Assembly: GCA_003245835.1 (NCBI GenBank)
Contig: QKCC01000275.1
Location: 364-64,363, forward strand
Reading direction: 5' to 3'
From: Spirochaetales bacterium
Lineage (GTDB): Bacteria; Spirochaetota; Spirochaetia; UBA9216
DNA length: 64,000 nt
The notes under the pieces were generated by a model, which saw only the letters and a program-made list of their open reading frames with translations, ran no database searches and was not told the DNA's origin. Of the stretch, positions 34,892 through 46,024 are shown in pieces. The position numbers were made by a program, and so were the translations under genes. The first letter of the stretch is position 1, and each line of letters begins with the position of its first letter.

Positions 34892-36409
34892 TCAGAGAAT
34901 ATATCTGGACAAGTCCTGGTCCTCCTGCACATTTTTCAGTCTCTGATCGACATATTCAGGGGTAACCTTGATTGTCTGCCCCTTCAAATCCGGTGCGTTG
35001 AACGACACCTCTTCAAGCAGAAGCTCGAGAATTGTGTGCAGCCGGCGTGCTCCGATGTTTTCTGTCTTCGAATTTACATCACCGGCTATCTCCGACATTT
35101 TCACAATTGCTTCCTGCGTAAATTCAAGTGTAACTTCCTCGGTCGAGAGCAGCGCGATATACTGCTTTATCAAAGCATTCTTCGGCTGTGTGAGGATCCG
35201 CTCAAAATCAGCTGCAGTCAGGTCCTCAAGCTCGACCCTCAGAGGAAAACGCCCCTGAAGTTCGGGAATCAGATCCGAGGGTTTGCTCATGTGAAAAGCA
35301 CCGGCCGCGATGAAAAGTATATGCGATGTATCAACAAGGCCGTATTTGGTATTAACCTTTGAACCTTCAACAATCGGCAGGATATCGCGCTGAACGCCTT
35401 CCCTGCTGACCTCGCCGCTTCCGCCGCGTCCTTCCTTCGCCGCAATCTTGTCAATCTCGTCTATAAAGACTATGCCCATCTGCTGGGTCCGCTCGCGCGC
35501 AATCTCGTTTACACGTTCCTGGTCTATCAGCTTGTCGACTTCTTCGGCCATGAGAATCTCACGCGCGCGCTCGACTGTAACCTTGCGTTTCTTCTTTTTT
35601 CCGCCGAACATCGGGATCGCCGCAATATTAATGCCCATATCCTCGAGGTTCATGCCCGAGAACATATCCATCGGGGCTGTCGGAGCACCGGTGACCATTA
35701 CTTCGACTTCCTTATCTTCGAGCTTACCGGTGCGCAGCATCTCGCGGAATTTTTCCCTCGTAGAAGACTTTTTATCCGTGTCTGCTGCCGAACTTCCGGA
35801 ATCACCGGCGGCGGCCGAGAGGCTTTCACCCGGGCCCGGAAGATTTATAACATCAGGCTGGCTGTCGCCCGAGGGCATCCCCGATCCGGTTCCGGCTGAA
35901 TTGCCTCCGCCGAGACCTGCGAAGATGCTTCCGAGGTTAATACCCCCGGAACCTTCGGCCGATTCCTTACCGCGCTTTCCGACGCCAGGCAGAAGAAGAT
36001 CAAGAATAGCATCCTCTGTCCTGCGCTCCGCCTCTGCACGGATATCTTCCTCCATTTCCTTTTTAACCATTCCGACAGCGACACTCATAAGGTCGCGTAT
36101 CATGGATTCGACATCACGTCCTACGTAGCCGACTTCGGTATATTTTGTAGCCTCAACCTTTATAAAAGGCGCCTGAACAAGTCTTGAAAGCCTTCTGGCG
36201 ATTTCAGTTTTACCTACGCCGGTTGGACCTATCATGATAATATTCTTCGGTGCTATTTCTTCGCGCATTTCGGGCGAAAGCATCTGCCTTCGCATCCTGT
36301 TACGGAGCGCAATCGCTACCGCCTTTTTGGCTTTGTCCTGGCCGATTATATACTTATTGAGTTCTTCGACTATCTGTTTCGGTGTCAGGTTATCAAGACT
36401 TTCACTCAT
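34892..36409 (-). CDS. hslU: ATP-dependent protease ATPase subunit HslU
   Basis: I moved the start to the ATG at 36409, which forms an ATGA overlap with the hslV stop. Walker [15 protein letters not shown], Walker [11 protein letters not shown], and an I-domain carrying a Gly/Ser-rich insertion. Confidence 0.95.
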   Translation of the reverse strand: MSESLDNLTPKQIVEELNKYIIGQDKAKKAVAIALRNRMRRQMLSPEMREEIAPKNIIMIGPTGVGKTEIARRLSRLVQAPFIKVEATKYTEVGYVGRDVESMIRDLMSVAVGMVKKEMEEDIRAEAERRTEDAILDLLLPGVGKRGKESAEGSGGINLGSIFAGLGGGNSAGTGSGMPSGDSQPDVINLPGPGESLSAAAGDSGSSAADTDKKSSTREKFREMLRTGKLEDKEVEVMVTGAPTAPMDMFSGMNLEDMGINIAAIPMFGGKKKKRKVTVERAREILMAEEVDKLIDQERVNEIARERTQQMGIVFIDEIDKIAAKEGRGGSGEVSREGVQRDILPIVEGSKVNTKYGLVDTSHILFIAAGAFHMSKPSDLIPELQGRFPLRVELEDLTAADFERILTQPKNALIKQYIALLSTEEVTLEFTQEAIVKMSEIAGDVNSKTENIGARRLHTILELLLEEVSFNAPDLKGQTIKVTPEYVDQRLKNVQEDQDLSRYIL

Positions 36410-36939
36410 GAAACTTCCTCCACAATGAAACTGCTGTTGGTGTAGATGCATATTTTTGAAGCAATTTCCATTGATTTCAATGCTATTTCCTTTGCGGAAA
36501 GGTCGGACGACTCCAAATAGGCAAGTGCGGCGGCATATGCATAGTTTCCGCCGGAACCGATTGCAAGAACGCCCTCTTCCGGTTCTATGACGTCTCCGGT
36601 TCCGGAAACGAGAAGTATCTTATCCTTGTCAGCTATCAGCAGCATAGCTTCAAGCTTGCTGAGCATCCGGTCCGTACGCCACTGCTTTGCGAGTTCGACC
36701 GCAGCCCTTGTGATATCACCCTTGTATTCGTTAACCTTTCCTTCAAAACGCTCAAAAAGTGTGAATGCGTCTGCGGTAGCACCCGCGAACCCGGTAAGAA
36801 TCCTGCCGCCGTAAATGGTTTTTACCTTTCTTGCATTCCCCTTCATCACGGTCTGCCCCAGGGTAACCTGGCCGTCCCCGGCCATTGCCACTTTATTATC
36901 TTTTTTCACTGCAATAATTGTAGTTGATCTAATTTTCAT
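36406..36939 (-). CDS. hslV: ATP-dependent protease subunit HslV
   Basis: N-terminal TTIIAVKK (catalytic Thr after processing) and GDGQVTLG. Confidence 0.95.
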   Translation of the reverse strand: MKIRSTTIIAVKKDNKVAMAGDGQVTLGQTVMKGNARKVKTIYGGRILTGFAGATADAFTLFERFEGKVNEYKGDITRAAVELAKQWRTDRMLSKLEAMLLIADKDKILLVSGTGDVIEPEEGVLAIGSGGNYAYAAALAYLESSDLSAKEIALKSMEIASKICIYTNSSFIVEEVS

Positions 36940-37859
36940 TTTTTTGCTCCGTTAAAACCGGCTTTGCCAGAAATATTGCCGGCATGTGGATGTGCCTGTT
37001 TATAAACATCCCTCAGCCGCTCGATTCCCATATGTGTATAAATCTGCGTCGTCGACAGACTCTCATGGCCGAGCATTTCCTGAACTATCCTTATATCGGC
37101 CCCGTTATCTACCAGGTGAGTTGCAAAACTGTGCCTGAATGTATGGGGGCTCACATTTTTCGGAATTCCTGATTTTCTTACGTATTTCTCCACTATCAGC
37201 GAAATACCCCTTTGTGTAAGCCGCCTTCCCCGAAGGTTAATCAGCAGCGCATTCGCAGCGTCGTTGTCATCCTTGTCGGTACGGATATTCTTCAGCGGAA
37301 GGTATTCACGCAGGCATTCGAACGCCTTTTTACCCAGGTAAACTATCCGCTCTTTTCCGCCCTTTCCGTGGACCCTTACGCTCCTGTCCTTGAAATCGAT
37401 ATCGGTGATATTGATTGATGCTGCTTCTGAAACACGGCATCCGGTTGAGTACAGAAGCTCGAGAATAAACCTGTCGCGCAGTCCTGCAAACCCGCTGTCG
37501 GTTAGACTCAGGAGCAGATCGATTTCCTGTTCAAACAGGTAATCCGGAAGGTCTCTGTTCTTTTTAAGGCTCCTGATGTTCTCAAACGGGTTAATTTCCG
37601 TATAACCGTTCTTTCTGAGCCAGTTATAAAAACCGTTCATCGCAGAAAGTATTCTGTTCACAGTGGTTTTTGACAGGCCCTGTCCGGAAAGCCCGGAAAT
37701 AAATCTTCGGGCGCAGACTGTATCCGCCGCAAGCGGATCAAGCTGTTCCTTTTCAAGATAGCCACGGTATTTGGACAGATCTTCAGTATATGCGCGCAGT
37801 GTCTGCTCAGAGTAATGCCTGACACCTCTTAAATACCGAAGATAAGTCTCAAAAATCAT
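36936..37859 (-). CDS. xerC: Tyrosine recombinase XerC (CodV-like)
   Basis: RHSFATHLV...[14 protein letters not shown] catalytic C-terminus. It sits directly upstream of hslVU, as codV does in Bacillus. Confidence 0.8.
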   Translation of the reverse strand: MIFETYLRYLRGVRHYSEQTLRAYTEDLSKYRGYLEKEQLDPLAADTVCARRFISGLSGQGLSKTTVNRILSAMNGFYNWLRKNGYTEINPFENIRSLKKNRDLPDYLFEQEIDLLLSLTDSGFAGLRDRFILELLYSTGCRVSEAASINITDIDFKDRSVRVHGKGGKERIVYLGKKAFECLREYLPLKNIRTDKDDNDAANALLINLRGRRLTQRGISLIVEKYVRKSGIPKNVSPHTFRHSFATHLVDNGADIRIVQEMLGHESLSTTQIYTHMGIERLRDVYKQAHPHAGNISGKAGFNGAKK

Positions 37860-39967
37860 TCGTCGCTTCCATCCTCAACCTGTTCGTCGTGCTCATGTGT
37901 ATGCAGAAAATCACATTCAGGATTTATACAGGCCTTTACGGTCCCGGTTTTTTTGTCGCTCTTTTCAACAAGAAAATAACCGCATTTCGGACAGTTTGAA
38001 CTTGTCGGTTTAAAATGCGATATAAAATCACACTCAGGATAATTCGTACATCCGTAGAATTCCTTTCCCTTTCCGCCGGCTTTCTTTCTTGCAACTATTT
38101 TACCGTCACAGCCCTCTCTCGGGCAGTCGGCAAGCGGAACAGCCTTAGTGTTCCGGCAATCAGGAAACCCGCTGCACGCAAGAAAAAATCCGAACCTTCC
38201 GAGTTTCTTCACCATCGGCTTGCCGCATTTTTCACAGACTTCTTCGGTCGGCTCGTCCATCACACCCTTGATCGATTCGAGGGTTTCATTCACATGTTCA
38301 ATTTGTGTTTTGAACGGCTGGTAGAACCTGCCGATCATTTCGTGCCATTCAAGACCGTCTTCCTCAACACTGTCGAGATTTCGCTCCATCTGGGCCGTGA
38401 ATTCCTGGTTTACAACATCAGGGAACTGCGTCGACAGCATATCGGAGATAATCCTGCCGAGGGTGGTCGGCTGCAGCTGCTTGTTCTTTCTTACAACATA
38501 ATACCTGTCGAGAAGCACACCGATAATAGGCGCGTAAGTCGAAGGCCGTCCGATGCCGTTTTCTTCGAGCATCTTAACTATACTCGCGTCTGTAAATCGT
38601 GAAGGTCCCGTTGTAAAATGCTGGTTCGCATTAAAATCCGAAACTTCAAGAATTTCGCCTTCCTTCATAGCCGGTACTTTTGTAGTCTTTTCCTTCGACT
38701 TCAGCATTTTTATAACCTGCTGAAAGCCTTTCGCAACCGATTTGGTTGAGCTGACCCTGAAGACGGCATCCTTTACAGTTATTTCGACTGATGTGGTCAG
38801 AGTCCGTGCATTTGTCATCTGGCATGCTACAAAGCGCTCCCAGATAATGGAATAGAGCTTGAACTGATCCTTGTTCAGGTGAGCCTTCATCTCATCAGGG
38901 GTATAGCGTATATAGGTAGGCCTGATTGCTTCGTGAGCGTCCTGCGCATTTTTTTTAACAGAGTATGAAAGCGGGGTTTCAGGAAGTTCCGCAGGGTAAT
39001 GCTTCTCAAGCCATTCCCTTACGTCTCCGATAGCCTGGTCCGATATTCGGGTTGAATCCGTTCTCATGTAGGTAATAAGCCCGACTCTTCCGGAATCGAT
39101 GTTTATGCCCTCATAAAGCTGCTGTGCGATCTGCATCGTTTTTCTTGATGTAAATCCGAGCCTGTTTGCTGCTGTCTGCTGAAGCGTTGATGTAGTAAAC
39201 GGGGCTTTCGGCTTGATCTGCTTTTCGATGCCCTTTACAGAGGTAACCTCTGGTTTTGCATCTTTCAGCTCTTCTATGATCTTTTGAACCTCATCCTCGG
39301 ATTTTATATCAATCTTTTCGCCCTTGTACTGAACCATCTGGGCTTCAAAACCGGTTTTGCCTTTATAAAAAATACCGTCCAGCGACCAGTATTCTTCCGG
39401 AATAAAACTTTCGACCAGTTTTTCACGTTCACAGATCAGCCGAAGCGCTACCGACTGGACCCGTCCGGCCGACAGACCGTTCTTGACCTTAGACCAGAGC
39501 AGCGGAGAAAGGTTGTAGCCGACAAGCCGGTCCAGCACCCGCCGGGCTTTCTGGGCATTAACCTTGGGTTCGTTAATCTCAAGCGGATTAGCCACCGCGT
39601 CTTTGATTGCACCCGGAGTTATTTCGTTAAAAACAATCCGCTCTATCTCGAGCTTTTCATTTTTCTTAAGAAGTGAATTCCTCAAATGCCAGGCTATTGC
39701 CTCCCCTTCGCGGTCATTATCAGATGCAAGCAGAACGTGACCGGCTTTATTCGCCTTGGTCTGCAGATCCTTCAGTATTTTAGCCTTCCCCCTGACAGTA
39801 ATATACTCGGGTTCGAAGTTGTTTTTTTCATCGACTGCAATTCTGGATTTAGGCAGATCGATTAGGTGCCCCATCGAAGCAAGCACCGAATAGCCGGGAC
39901 CAAGGTATCTTTCAATTGTAGAAGCTTTTGCCGGTGACTCAACTATTAATAGAGTATGAACTTTCAT
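37856..39967 (-). CDS. topA: DNA topoisomerase I
   Basis: I moved the start to the ATG at 39967 (MKVHTLLIVESPAKA, TOPRIM). Repeated C-terminal CxxC zinc ribbons. Confidence 0.95.
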   Translation of the reverse strand: MKVHTLLIVESPAKASTIERYLGPGYSVLASMGHLIDLPKSRIAVDEKNNFEPEYITVRGKAKILKDLQTKANKAGHVLLASDNDREGEAIAWHLRNSLLKKNEKLEIERIVFNEITPGAIKDAVANPLEINEPKVNAQKARRVLDRLVGYNLSPLLWSKVKNGLSAGRVQSVALRLICEREKLVESFIPEEYWSLDGIFYKGKTGFEAQMVQYKGEKIDIKSEDEVQKIIEELKDAKPEVTSVKGIEKQIKPKAPFTTSTLQQTAANRLGFTSRKTMQIAQQLYEGINIDSGRVGLITYMRTDSTRISDQAIGDVREWLEKHYPAELPETPLSYSVKKNAQDAHEAIRPTYIRYTPDEMKAHLNKDQFKLYSIIWERFVACQMTNARTLTTSVEITVKDAVFRVSSTKSVAKGFQQVIKMLKSKEKTTKVPAMKEGEILEVSDFNANQHFTTGPSRFTDASIVKMLEENGIGRPSTYAPIIGVLLDRYYVVRKNKQLQPTTLGRIISDMLSTQFPDVVNQEFTAQMERNLDSVEEDGLEWHEMIGRFYQPFKTQIEHVNETLESIKGVMDEPTEEVCEKCGKPMVKKLGRFGFFLACSGFPDCRNTKAVPLADCPREGCDGKIVARKKAGGKGKEFYGCTNYPECDFISHFKPTSSNCPKCGYFLVEKSDKKTGTVKACINPECDFLHTHEHDEQVEDGSDE

Positions 39968-40982
39968 AGCATGCTCTCCTGAAATAATTTCCATTAAAAT
40001 TTATATTGTTACCAATAAGTTCTTCGTTCAGAATCTCAGCCAGTTTCAGCCCGGCTTCATCCGTCGACATCTTCAATTCCATCTCCATAGTTCCGGACAG
40101 CAGCCGGTCAGATGAGATTCCCCAATCAGCAAGTATATCCTGAACACCGTTAATAAGCGGAGCGCCGTCAAATATCAGCCGGTGCACCCGTTCATGCCCT
40201 TCGGTTCTTTTTAAACCGGCACTGTGAATAAATAAATCCCTGCCATGTTCGACAGCAAAATCGGCTGTGATTAATGCTCCTGATTTTCCGGGAGCCTCAA
40301 CCACTACAACGGCTCTTGAGAGTCCGCTGATAATCCTGTTCCGTTCCGGAAAATGATGTTTTCGTGCATCCTCGCCAGGCAGGTATTCACTCACGACAGC
40401 CCCTCCTGACTCAAGCAGCTCTGAGGCTATATCTTTATTCACAGCCGGAGTAATCCTGTCCGGACCGCTGCCGAGAACGGCGATTGTATATCCGCCGGCT
40501 GCGGTGCATCCCGAATGGGCCGCACGGTCAATTCCCATAGCCAGGCCGGAAACAACCGGAATTCCGCAGCGGGCAAGATCAAAACCCGTTTTAAAAGCAG
40601 CATCCACTGCATTGCCGGTCGGAAGCCTTGTTCCGACTACTGCAACAGCCGGTTTATTCCAAGAAGGAAGCCGGCCTCTATAGTACAATGCATACGGGGG
40701 ATCGTAAATCTCGGCAAGCTGTGCCGGATAAGCCCTGTCTCCCAAAAATAAACATTTTATATCAGCCGTGGCAAGTATATTTTCAGCAATACGTGCTTCG
40801 ACGGCGATCTTTTTCATCGGATTTTCATTGATTTTAAGCTTTCTTCCCACTACAGACTCAAGATCCCCTGTTTTCATCCGGCTGAGTGTTTCGAAATCCC
40901 CGCACACATCTCTCAGCAGGAATTTTTCTGAGGTCCGGAGGAACCTCAAACGGCTTACAGCAATCTCAAGCAGGTCAGCCAT
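39939..40982 (-). CDS. dprA: DNA-processing protein DprA (Smf)
   Basis: Rossmann-like core VAVVGTRLPT...GLAMGIDRAAHSG...VVVVEAPGKSGALITA. Its 3' end overlaps topA by 29 nt. Confidence 0.9.
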   Translation of the reverse strand: MADLLEIAVSRLRFLRTSEKFLLRDVCGDFETLSRMKTGDLESVVGRKLKINENPMKKIAVEARIAENILATADIKCLFLGDRAYPAQLAEIYDPPYALYYRGRLPSWNKPAVAVVGTRLPTGNAVDAAFKTGFDLARCGIPVVSGLAMGIDRAAHSGCTAAGGYTIAVLGSGPDRITPAVNKDIASELLESGGAVVSEYLPGEDARKHHFPERNRIISGLSRAVVVVEAPGKSGALITADFAVEHGRDLFIHSAGLKRTEGHERVHRLIFDGAPLINGVQDILADWGISSDRLLSGTMEMELKMSTDEAGLKLAEILNEELIGNNINFNGNYFRRACYESSYSINS

Positions 40983-41700
40983 TGTTCAGTCCTCCGACCA
41001 GGCTCATTCTGTTTTCTCTTGCCTTCTGCTTCATTTCATCATCGGGGGCTTTCTCTTCGATTCTTGAGTACAGATCTTCGGCTGCGTCCGTTTCGCCCTG
41101 CAGAATTTTCACTCTGGCAAGCAGGAACATTGCATTATAGTTTTTACTTCCGCCTGCAAGCAGCCTTTCAAGGAGGGGTTCTGCATCAAGCGGTCTGTCG
41201 AGTTCAAAGATATAAAGTACGGAAAGCCCGTACAAAGCCTCGGAATAACCGGGATCAAGTTTGAGCGAACGAAGGTAATACTGCTCAGCCGTATCAATAT
41301 AGTCTTTTACCTGGTCCCTGCGTACGACCGCCTTGCTCATCTGGGCAGCGGAAACAGCACCGTAATAATACAGCATCGGGCTGGTGGGAAAATAAAGAAC
41401 GGCCTGTTCGATACTCTTGAGAGCATCATTGTACATCTCGAGGTTCATGTATTCCAGCGCAAGCATGCGGTAGTAAATCCCAAGATGTTCCGAGGCCTTT
41501 ACTGTACGCTTCACCTCTGATTCATAGAACGAAATACCCTTTTCAAGGTTCCGGATTCTCTCTTCCGGGACCTTACCTGAAGTAAATTCTTTTTTTTCTG
41601 CGGCGGAAAGGTTTTCCATCCAGGCCTTTTTTTCACCGCCGCAGGAAACAGCAAGGAACAGAACTGCAATGGATATAATTACTGATATACTTCTTTTCAT
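40975..41700 (-). CDS. Tetratricopeptide-repeat lipoprotein
   Basis: I moved the start to the ATG at 41700. Lipobox LAVSC, then several TPR-like repeats (ALKSIEQAVLYFP, AEQYYLRSLKLDPGYSEALYGLSVLY). Confidence 0.7.
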   Translation of the reverse strand: MKRSISVIISIAVLFLAVSCGGEKKAWMENLSAAEKKEFTSGKVPEERIRNLEKGISFYESEVKRTVKASEHLGIYYRMLALEYMNLEMYNDALKSIEQAVLYFPTSPMLYYYGAVSAAQMSKAVVRRDQVKDYIDTAEQYYLRSLKLDPGYSEALYGLSVLYIFELDRPLDAEPLLERLLAGGSKNYNAMFLLARVKILQGETDAAEDLYSRIEEKAPDDEMKQKARENRMSLVGGLNNG

Positions 41701-41714
41701 ATTATCTCCGCTGC

Positions 41715-42614
41715 TCACCCTCTCGGGTGGTACTGCCGGTGGCTGTCCTTTAAATCATCGCGGCTCAGATGTGTATAAATCTGGGTCGTCGAGATGTCCG
41801 TATGTCCCAACAGTTCCTGGACCGAACGCAGGTCCGCGCCGCCCTGTAGAAGGTGGGTCGCGAATGAATGCCTGAGGGTATGTATTTTGGCAGTGACTCC
41901 AACCCGTCCGGCTATTTCGCGGAACCGTTTCCACATCCCCTTTCTTGTAAGCGGCTGCCCTCTGTAGTTCAGAAAAAGCATAGTTCCGGCATCTGCATTT
42001 TTTACCATAAACGGCCGTCCTTCGTCGATATACCGCCTCAGCCAGTACGTGACCTCTCCGCCGAGCGGGACAAATCTGTCTTTCTCGCCCTTGCCTCTAA
42101 CCCGGACAAGTCCCTCGTCAAGAAAGAGGGAACCGAATGATAATGATACAGCTTCTGATACACGGAGTCCGCAGGAATAAATAAGTTCGAACAGCGCCCT
42201 GTCCCGCAGCCCGGCGGGCTGCTCAATATCAATTTCAGAAAGAAACTTGTCCACTTCCTCGATTGTCAGTACATCCGGGAGCTTTTTATCAAGTTTGGGC
42301 ATATCGACGTTCTTTGCCGGATTATCTTCACGAATTCGCTCCAGCACTAAATAATTGAAAAAAGAACGCAGGGAGCTCAGAATCCTCGATACCGTACGGC
42401 TGCTCAGCTGATCTTCCGGGTCGACATCCTGTATTGCACTGATGTAGGATGTTACATCGGATGTTCTGATATCCGAAAGCGGAATATTCTTCCCGTTCAC
42501 ATAATTCAGAAAATCCGCGCATCCCCTGCGGTAGGCATCTACTGTGTTTCTGCTCAGCCTGAGATCAACCCTGAGGTAGTCTGAAAAATCCGAAAGGATT
42601 CTGTCTACATCCAT
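41715..42614 (-). CDS. xerD: Tyrosine recombinase XerD
   Basis: [35 protein letters not shown] and ARDRALFELIYSCGLRVSE. Confidence 0.8.
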   Translation of the reverse strand: MDVDRILSDFSDYLRVDLRLSRNTVDAYRRGCADFLNYVNGKNIPLSDIRTSDVTSYISAIQDVDPEDQLSSRTVSRILSSLRSFFNYLVLERIREDNPAKNVDMPKLDKKLPDVLTIEEVDKFLSEIDIEQPAGLRDRALFELIYSCGLRVSEAVSLSFGSLFLDEGLVRVRGKGEKDRFVPLGGEVTYWLRRYIDEGRPFMVKNADAGTMLFLNYRGQPLTRKGMWKRFREIAGRVGVTAKIHTLRHSFATHLLQGGADLRSVQELLGHTDISTTQIYTHLSRDDLKDSHRQYHPRG

Positions 42615-42632
42615 TACAAAAAACCGTCAGCC

Positions 42633-43811
42633 TCAGCTTTCGGTACCGAATTCCGATCTGAAAACAGTTGGAATACCAAGATCTTCATCAAGTGTTGAAT
42701 TCCGGCGTGTTAAAGAAACATTGCCGGCATTCCGGGATAGTCCCGACTGCATTTCAATCCATTCCTTGTATCCGACAACTTCTGTTCTTTCTTTTTCAGG
42801 TTCAAATATATCTGCCGGAACCGTTTCATCCTCGGCTTCATCGGTTGCACCTGTGGCGATAACAGTTACCTTTACCTCGTCTACAAGTGAGGGATCGGTA
42901 GCCGTACCCGAAATTATCATTGCGTCTTCATCAGCATTGGTTGTGATTATATTCAGTATTTCTTCATACTCCGCAAGTGAAAAATCCTCGCCGCCGGTTA
43001 CGCTGACAAGAATTCCCTTTGCGCCTTCTATTCTGGCATCTTCGAGCAGCGGGTTATTGATTGCGTTTGTTGCCGCATCAACCGCCCTGTTGTCGCCGGA
43101 TCCTGTACCGATTCCCATAAGGGCATCACCCTTTCCTTTCATAATTGTCCGGACATCGGCAAAATCTATATTGATTTCTCCAGCTTCAGTTATCAGGTCT
43201 GAAATCCCCTGAACTCCCTGCCTTAGAACGTCGTCGGCAATTCTGAATGCTTCCTTGATCGGAGTTTTTCGTTCGACTATTTTAAGCAGATACTGGTTGG
43301 GAATTATTATCAGTGTATCGACAGCCTGTCTGAGCCGCTCGATCCCCTGTTCCGCCAGCTTCATTTTCTTTGCGCCTTCAAAGGCAAATGGTTTTGTTAC
43401 AACAGCTACTGTCAGGGCATCAAGTTCGCGGGCAATCTGCGCAACAACAGCGGCAGCTCCGGTTCCCGTTCCTCCGCCCATTCCGGCAGTGATAAAAACC
43501 ATGTCGGACCCGCGCAGAACATTCCGGAGCTCTTCCGTGCTTTCAATTGCGGCATTCTGTCCAATTTCAGGATTTCCGCCCGCACCGAGACCGCCTGTCA
43601 GCTTAGTTCCTATGGGCAGTTTTCTTTCGGCGGTTGACAGTTTCAGAGCCTGTAAATCAGTATTTACAGCAAGAAATTCTACATTTTTCAATCCGCTTGA
43701 TATCATCCGGTTAACTGCATTGTTTCCGCCGCCGCCAACACCGATGACCTTGATTACGGTAGGACTTGTTACGTCTCCACCGAATTTGTCTTCGACCAGC
43801 TCAATATTCAT
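42633..43811 (-). CDS. ftsZ: Cell division GTPase FtsZ
   Basis: GGGTGTGAA tubulin signature and NTDLQAL. Confidence 0.97.
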   Translation of the reverse strand: MNIELVEDKFGGDVTSPTVIKVIGVGGGGNNAVNRMISSGLKNVEFLAVNTDLQALKLSTAERKLPIGTKLTGGLGAGGNPEIGQNAAIESTEELRNVLRGSDMVFITAGMGGGTGTGAAAVVAQIARELDALTVAVVTKPFAFEGAKKMKLAEQGIERLRQAVDTLIIIPNQYLLKIVERKTPIKEAFRIADDVLRQGVQGISDLITEAGEINIDFADVRTIMKGKGDALMGIGTGSGDNRAVDAATNAINNPLLEDARIEGAKGILVSVTGGEDFSLAEYEEILNIITTNADEDAMIISGTATDPSLVDEVKVTVIATGATDEAEDETVPADIFEPEKERTEVVGYKEWIEMQSGLSRNAGNVSLTRRNSTLDEDLGIPTVFRSEFGTES

Positions 43812-43888
43812 TAGCCGCCCCCTCCCAGAAGCTTTTAATTATAATAATACGGTCCCTATGGTTTTTACCAGTAGAAAAATAGACCTTT

Positions 43889-45124
43889 TTAAAAAAATTC
43901 TTTCAGCCAGTTCCGGAATTTATCCCCGAAACCGTCTTTTGACCTCTTCCCGACCGACGGAACGGCGTTATCACGTACAGCGAGTTCATGACCGTACATA
44001 ACCAGACCGACAGCGGTTGAATACATCGGGTTCCTGTATTCCGGTACAAGCCCTCCAAGTTCAAACGGGTAGCCGATTCTTGCAGGCACTCCGAATACAT
44101 TCTTCGCAAGCTCCGCAGCGCCCGGCATCATCGATCCGCCGCCTGTAAGAACCACTCCGCCCCGCAGATGATTCAGGTAGCCTTTCTTCAGCATCTTTTC
44201 ACGAATCAGCGCAAATGTTTCAGTCATCCTCGGCTGTATTATTTTGCACAGCTCGGTTCGGGGAATCGATGCGGAAGGCCATCCGCCGACGCCCGGAAGC
44301 AGGATCTCTTCAGATGGATCAATAAGCGGCATATAGCAGCAGCCTGATTCCAGCTTGAGCTTCTCAGCGAATTCGGAAGGCGTCTTCAGGACTATCGAAA
44401 TGTCGCTCGTAACCTGTTCGCCGCCGACTGCGACAACATCGGTATGATATGGAGCCCCCTCGACATACACAAGAACATCGGTCGTACCTCCGCCGAGATC
44501 TATCATCAGTACTCCGAGTTCCTTTTCCTCTTCAGACAGTACAGCCTTTGACGAAGCAATAGACTCAAGCACAATATCCTTCACCCTGAAACCCGCCCTG
44601 TTTACACATTTAAGCAGATTCTGGGCCGAGGTTACCGAGCCGGTTATAATATGGACCTCGGCTTCAAGCCTGATCCCGATCATATCGAGCGGATTCTTGA
44701 TTCCGCCCTGATCATCAACTATAAATTCCTGGGGTATTACATGAAGAACTTCCCGGTCCATAGGTATAACGACTGCACGAGCAGCATCTATAACCCTTCG
44801 GACATCTTCATTATTTATCTCACGGTCACGGCCGGAAACGGCAACAACGCCGCGGGAATTAATTCCCTCAACATGTGCGCCGGCAATACCGGTAAAAACC
44901 GAACCGACTTCCCTTCCCGACATCATCTCGGCAGATTCAATTGCCTTGGTGACAGCCTTCAGAGTCGATTCAATATTAATTACAACACCCTTTCTGAGCC
45001 CGTCGGAAGGGGTTGTTCCTATTCCGACAATCTCAACCCTGCCTGCGTCATTCAGCTCACCTATTACGGCGCAAACTTTTGTGGTTCCTATATCAAGTCC
45101 TACAATCAAATCATCAACCGGCAA
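43889..45124 (-). CDS. ftsA: Cell division protein FtsA
   Basis: Actin-like ATPase motifs (LDIGTTKVCAVIGE, MIDLGGGTTDVLVY, VLTGGGS), upstream of ftsZ. Confidence 0.95.
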   Translation of the reverse strand: MPVDDLIVGLDIGTTKVCAVIGELNDAGRVEIVGIGTTPSDGLRKGVVINIESTLKAVTKAIESAEMMSGREVGSVFTGIAGAHVEGINSRGVVAVSGRDREINNEDVRRVIDAARAVVIPMDREVLHVIPQEFIVDDQGGIKNPLDMIGIRLEAEVHIITGSVTSAQNLLKCVNRAGFRVKDIVLESIASSKAVLSEEEKELGVLMIDLGGGTTDVLVYVEGAPYHTDVVAVGGEQVTSDISIVLKTPSEFAEKLKLESGCCYMPLIDPSEEILLPGVGGWPSASIPRTELCKIIQPRMTETFALIREKMLKKGYLNHLRGGVVLTGGGSMMPGAAELAKNVFGVPARIGYPFELGGLVPEYRNPMYSTAVGLVMYGHELAVRDNAVPSVGKRSKDGFGDKFRNWLKEFF

Positions 45125-45126
45125 GA

Positions 45127-46023
45127 TTATTCCCCCCTGATCCTGTATACAACTTCGTCCGTTCTGAAATCCAGCTCTTCAAGGTAATCAGACATCCCCT
45201 GTGACCTGGCGACATCGAGGACGAGCAGAATGTAGGTAAACAGGTCCTTATCAATCCTGCTTCCCACCCTCACAGGAATACTATAATTCTGAGGATACAT
45301 CAATACTTCGAAATCATCATTATCTTTTCTGATAATCCGGCATTCTGAAATACTGTTAAAAAATGCAGGAGATTCTTTTCTGAGGATTTCAAGACTTGAA
45401 AGAAAACCCTTTACGGCCGCAGGCATAACAACACCCAGCCTCGCTTCTGCAATTCTTACGCCGGAAATCACAGGAAGATTAAGATCCGTAACCGATTTTC
45501 CCAGCTGAAAAACAACACCCGCCGAATCTACAGCCGCAGGAACTACCCGTCCCTCCGTCTCAATCAGGCAGACCGCAAGCGGGGTTCTTCCCTCTATTGC
45601 AATGTTAAGAGTATCAGGAAATTTCTTTTCGACTGAAGCGCTCGATATCTGCGGATAACGCTCAAGCCTTGCGGCAACGGCCGCTTCGTCCAGTCCGAAA
45701 TATGATTCCCCGCCCGAAATTCCGGCCATCTCAAGAATCTGCTTGTCTGTTGCCGAGAATGTCGAGCCCGCTGTAATATGGATTTTTTCAATTTTCACAT
45801 TTCTTGCAAAATAAAGATGATACATTACCTGGGCGAACAGAACAAAGAGCAGAAGGACAATGATTATCCTGAAAATCCGGGCGGTTTTTTCCCGCCTCTG
45901 CGTCAGCCTGTCACCGGTCTCGTTTACGGAGGGTGTGTTTACCATCCGGAAGTCGGTATCGCTGAAATTATAAAATCCTGAGTCATCGTAGTCTTTATCG
46001 TTAAAATGATGCAGCTGACTCAT
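45127..46023 (-). CDS. ftsQ: Cell division protein FtsQ/DivIB-like (POTRA domain)
   Basis: I moved the start to the ATG at 46023, which sits 1 nt after the ftsW stop. Single TM helix plus a POTRA-like region (VKIEKIHITAGSTFSATDKQILEMAGI). It lies between ftsW and ftsA. Confidence 0.7.
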   Translation of the reverse strand: MSQLHHFNDKDYDDSGFYNFSDTDFRMVNTPSVNETGDRLTQRREKTARIFRIIIVLLLFVLFAQVMYHLYFARNVKIEKIHITAGSTFSATDKQILEMAGISGGESYFGLDEAAVAARLERYPQISSASVEKKFPDTLNIAIEGRTPLAVCLIETEGRVVPAAVDSAGVVFQLGKSVTDLNLPVISGVRIAEARLGVVMPAAVKGFLSSLEILRKESPAFFNSISECRIIRKDNDDFEVLMYPQNYSIPVRVGSRIDKDLFTYILLVLDVARSQGMSDYLEELDFRTDEVVYRIRGE

Positions 46024-46024
46024 A

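Noticed and set aside
35448-36128. A 226-aa plus-strand ORF.
   Set aside because: It is antisense to hslU, a low-complexity Ser/Arg/Pro shadow ORF.
36936-42614. The two tyrosine recombinases as markers of an integrated mobile element.
   Set aside because: Both have Xer-type catalytic tails and sit among core genes (hslVU, topA, ftsZ). There is no flanking tRNA, direct repeats, phage genes or cargo genes.
43255-44001. A 248-aa plus-strand ORF.
   Set aside because: It lies entirely antisense to ftsZ/ftsA. It is a Ser/Pro/Ala-rich shadow frame with no start context, whereas ftsZ on the opposite strand is unambiguous.
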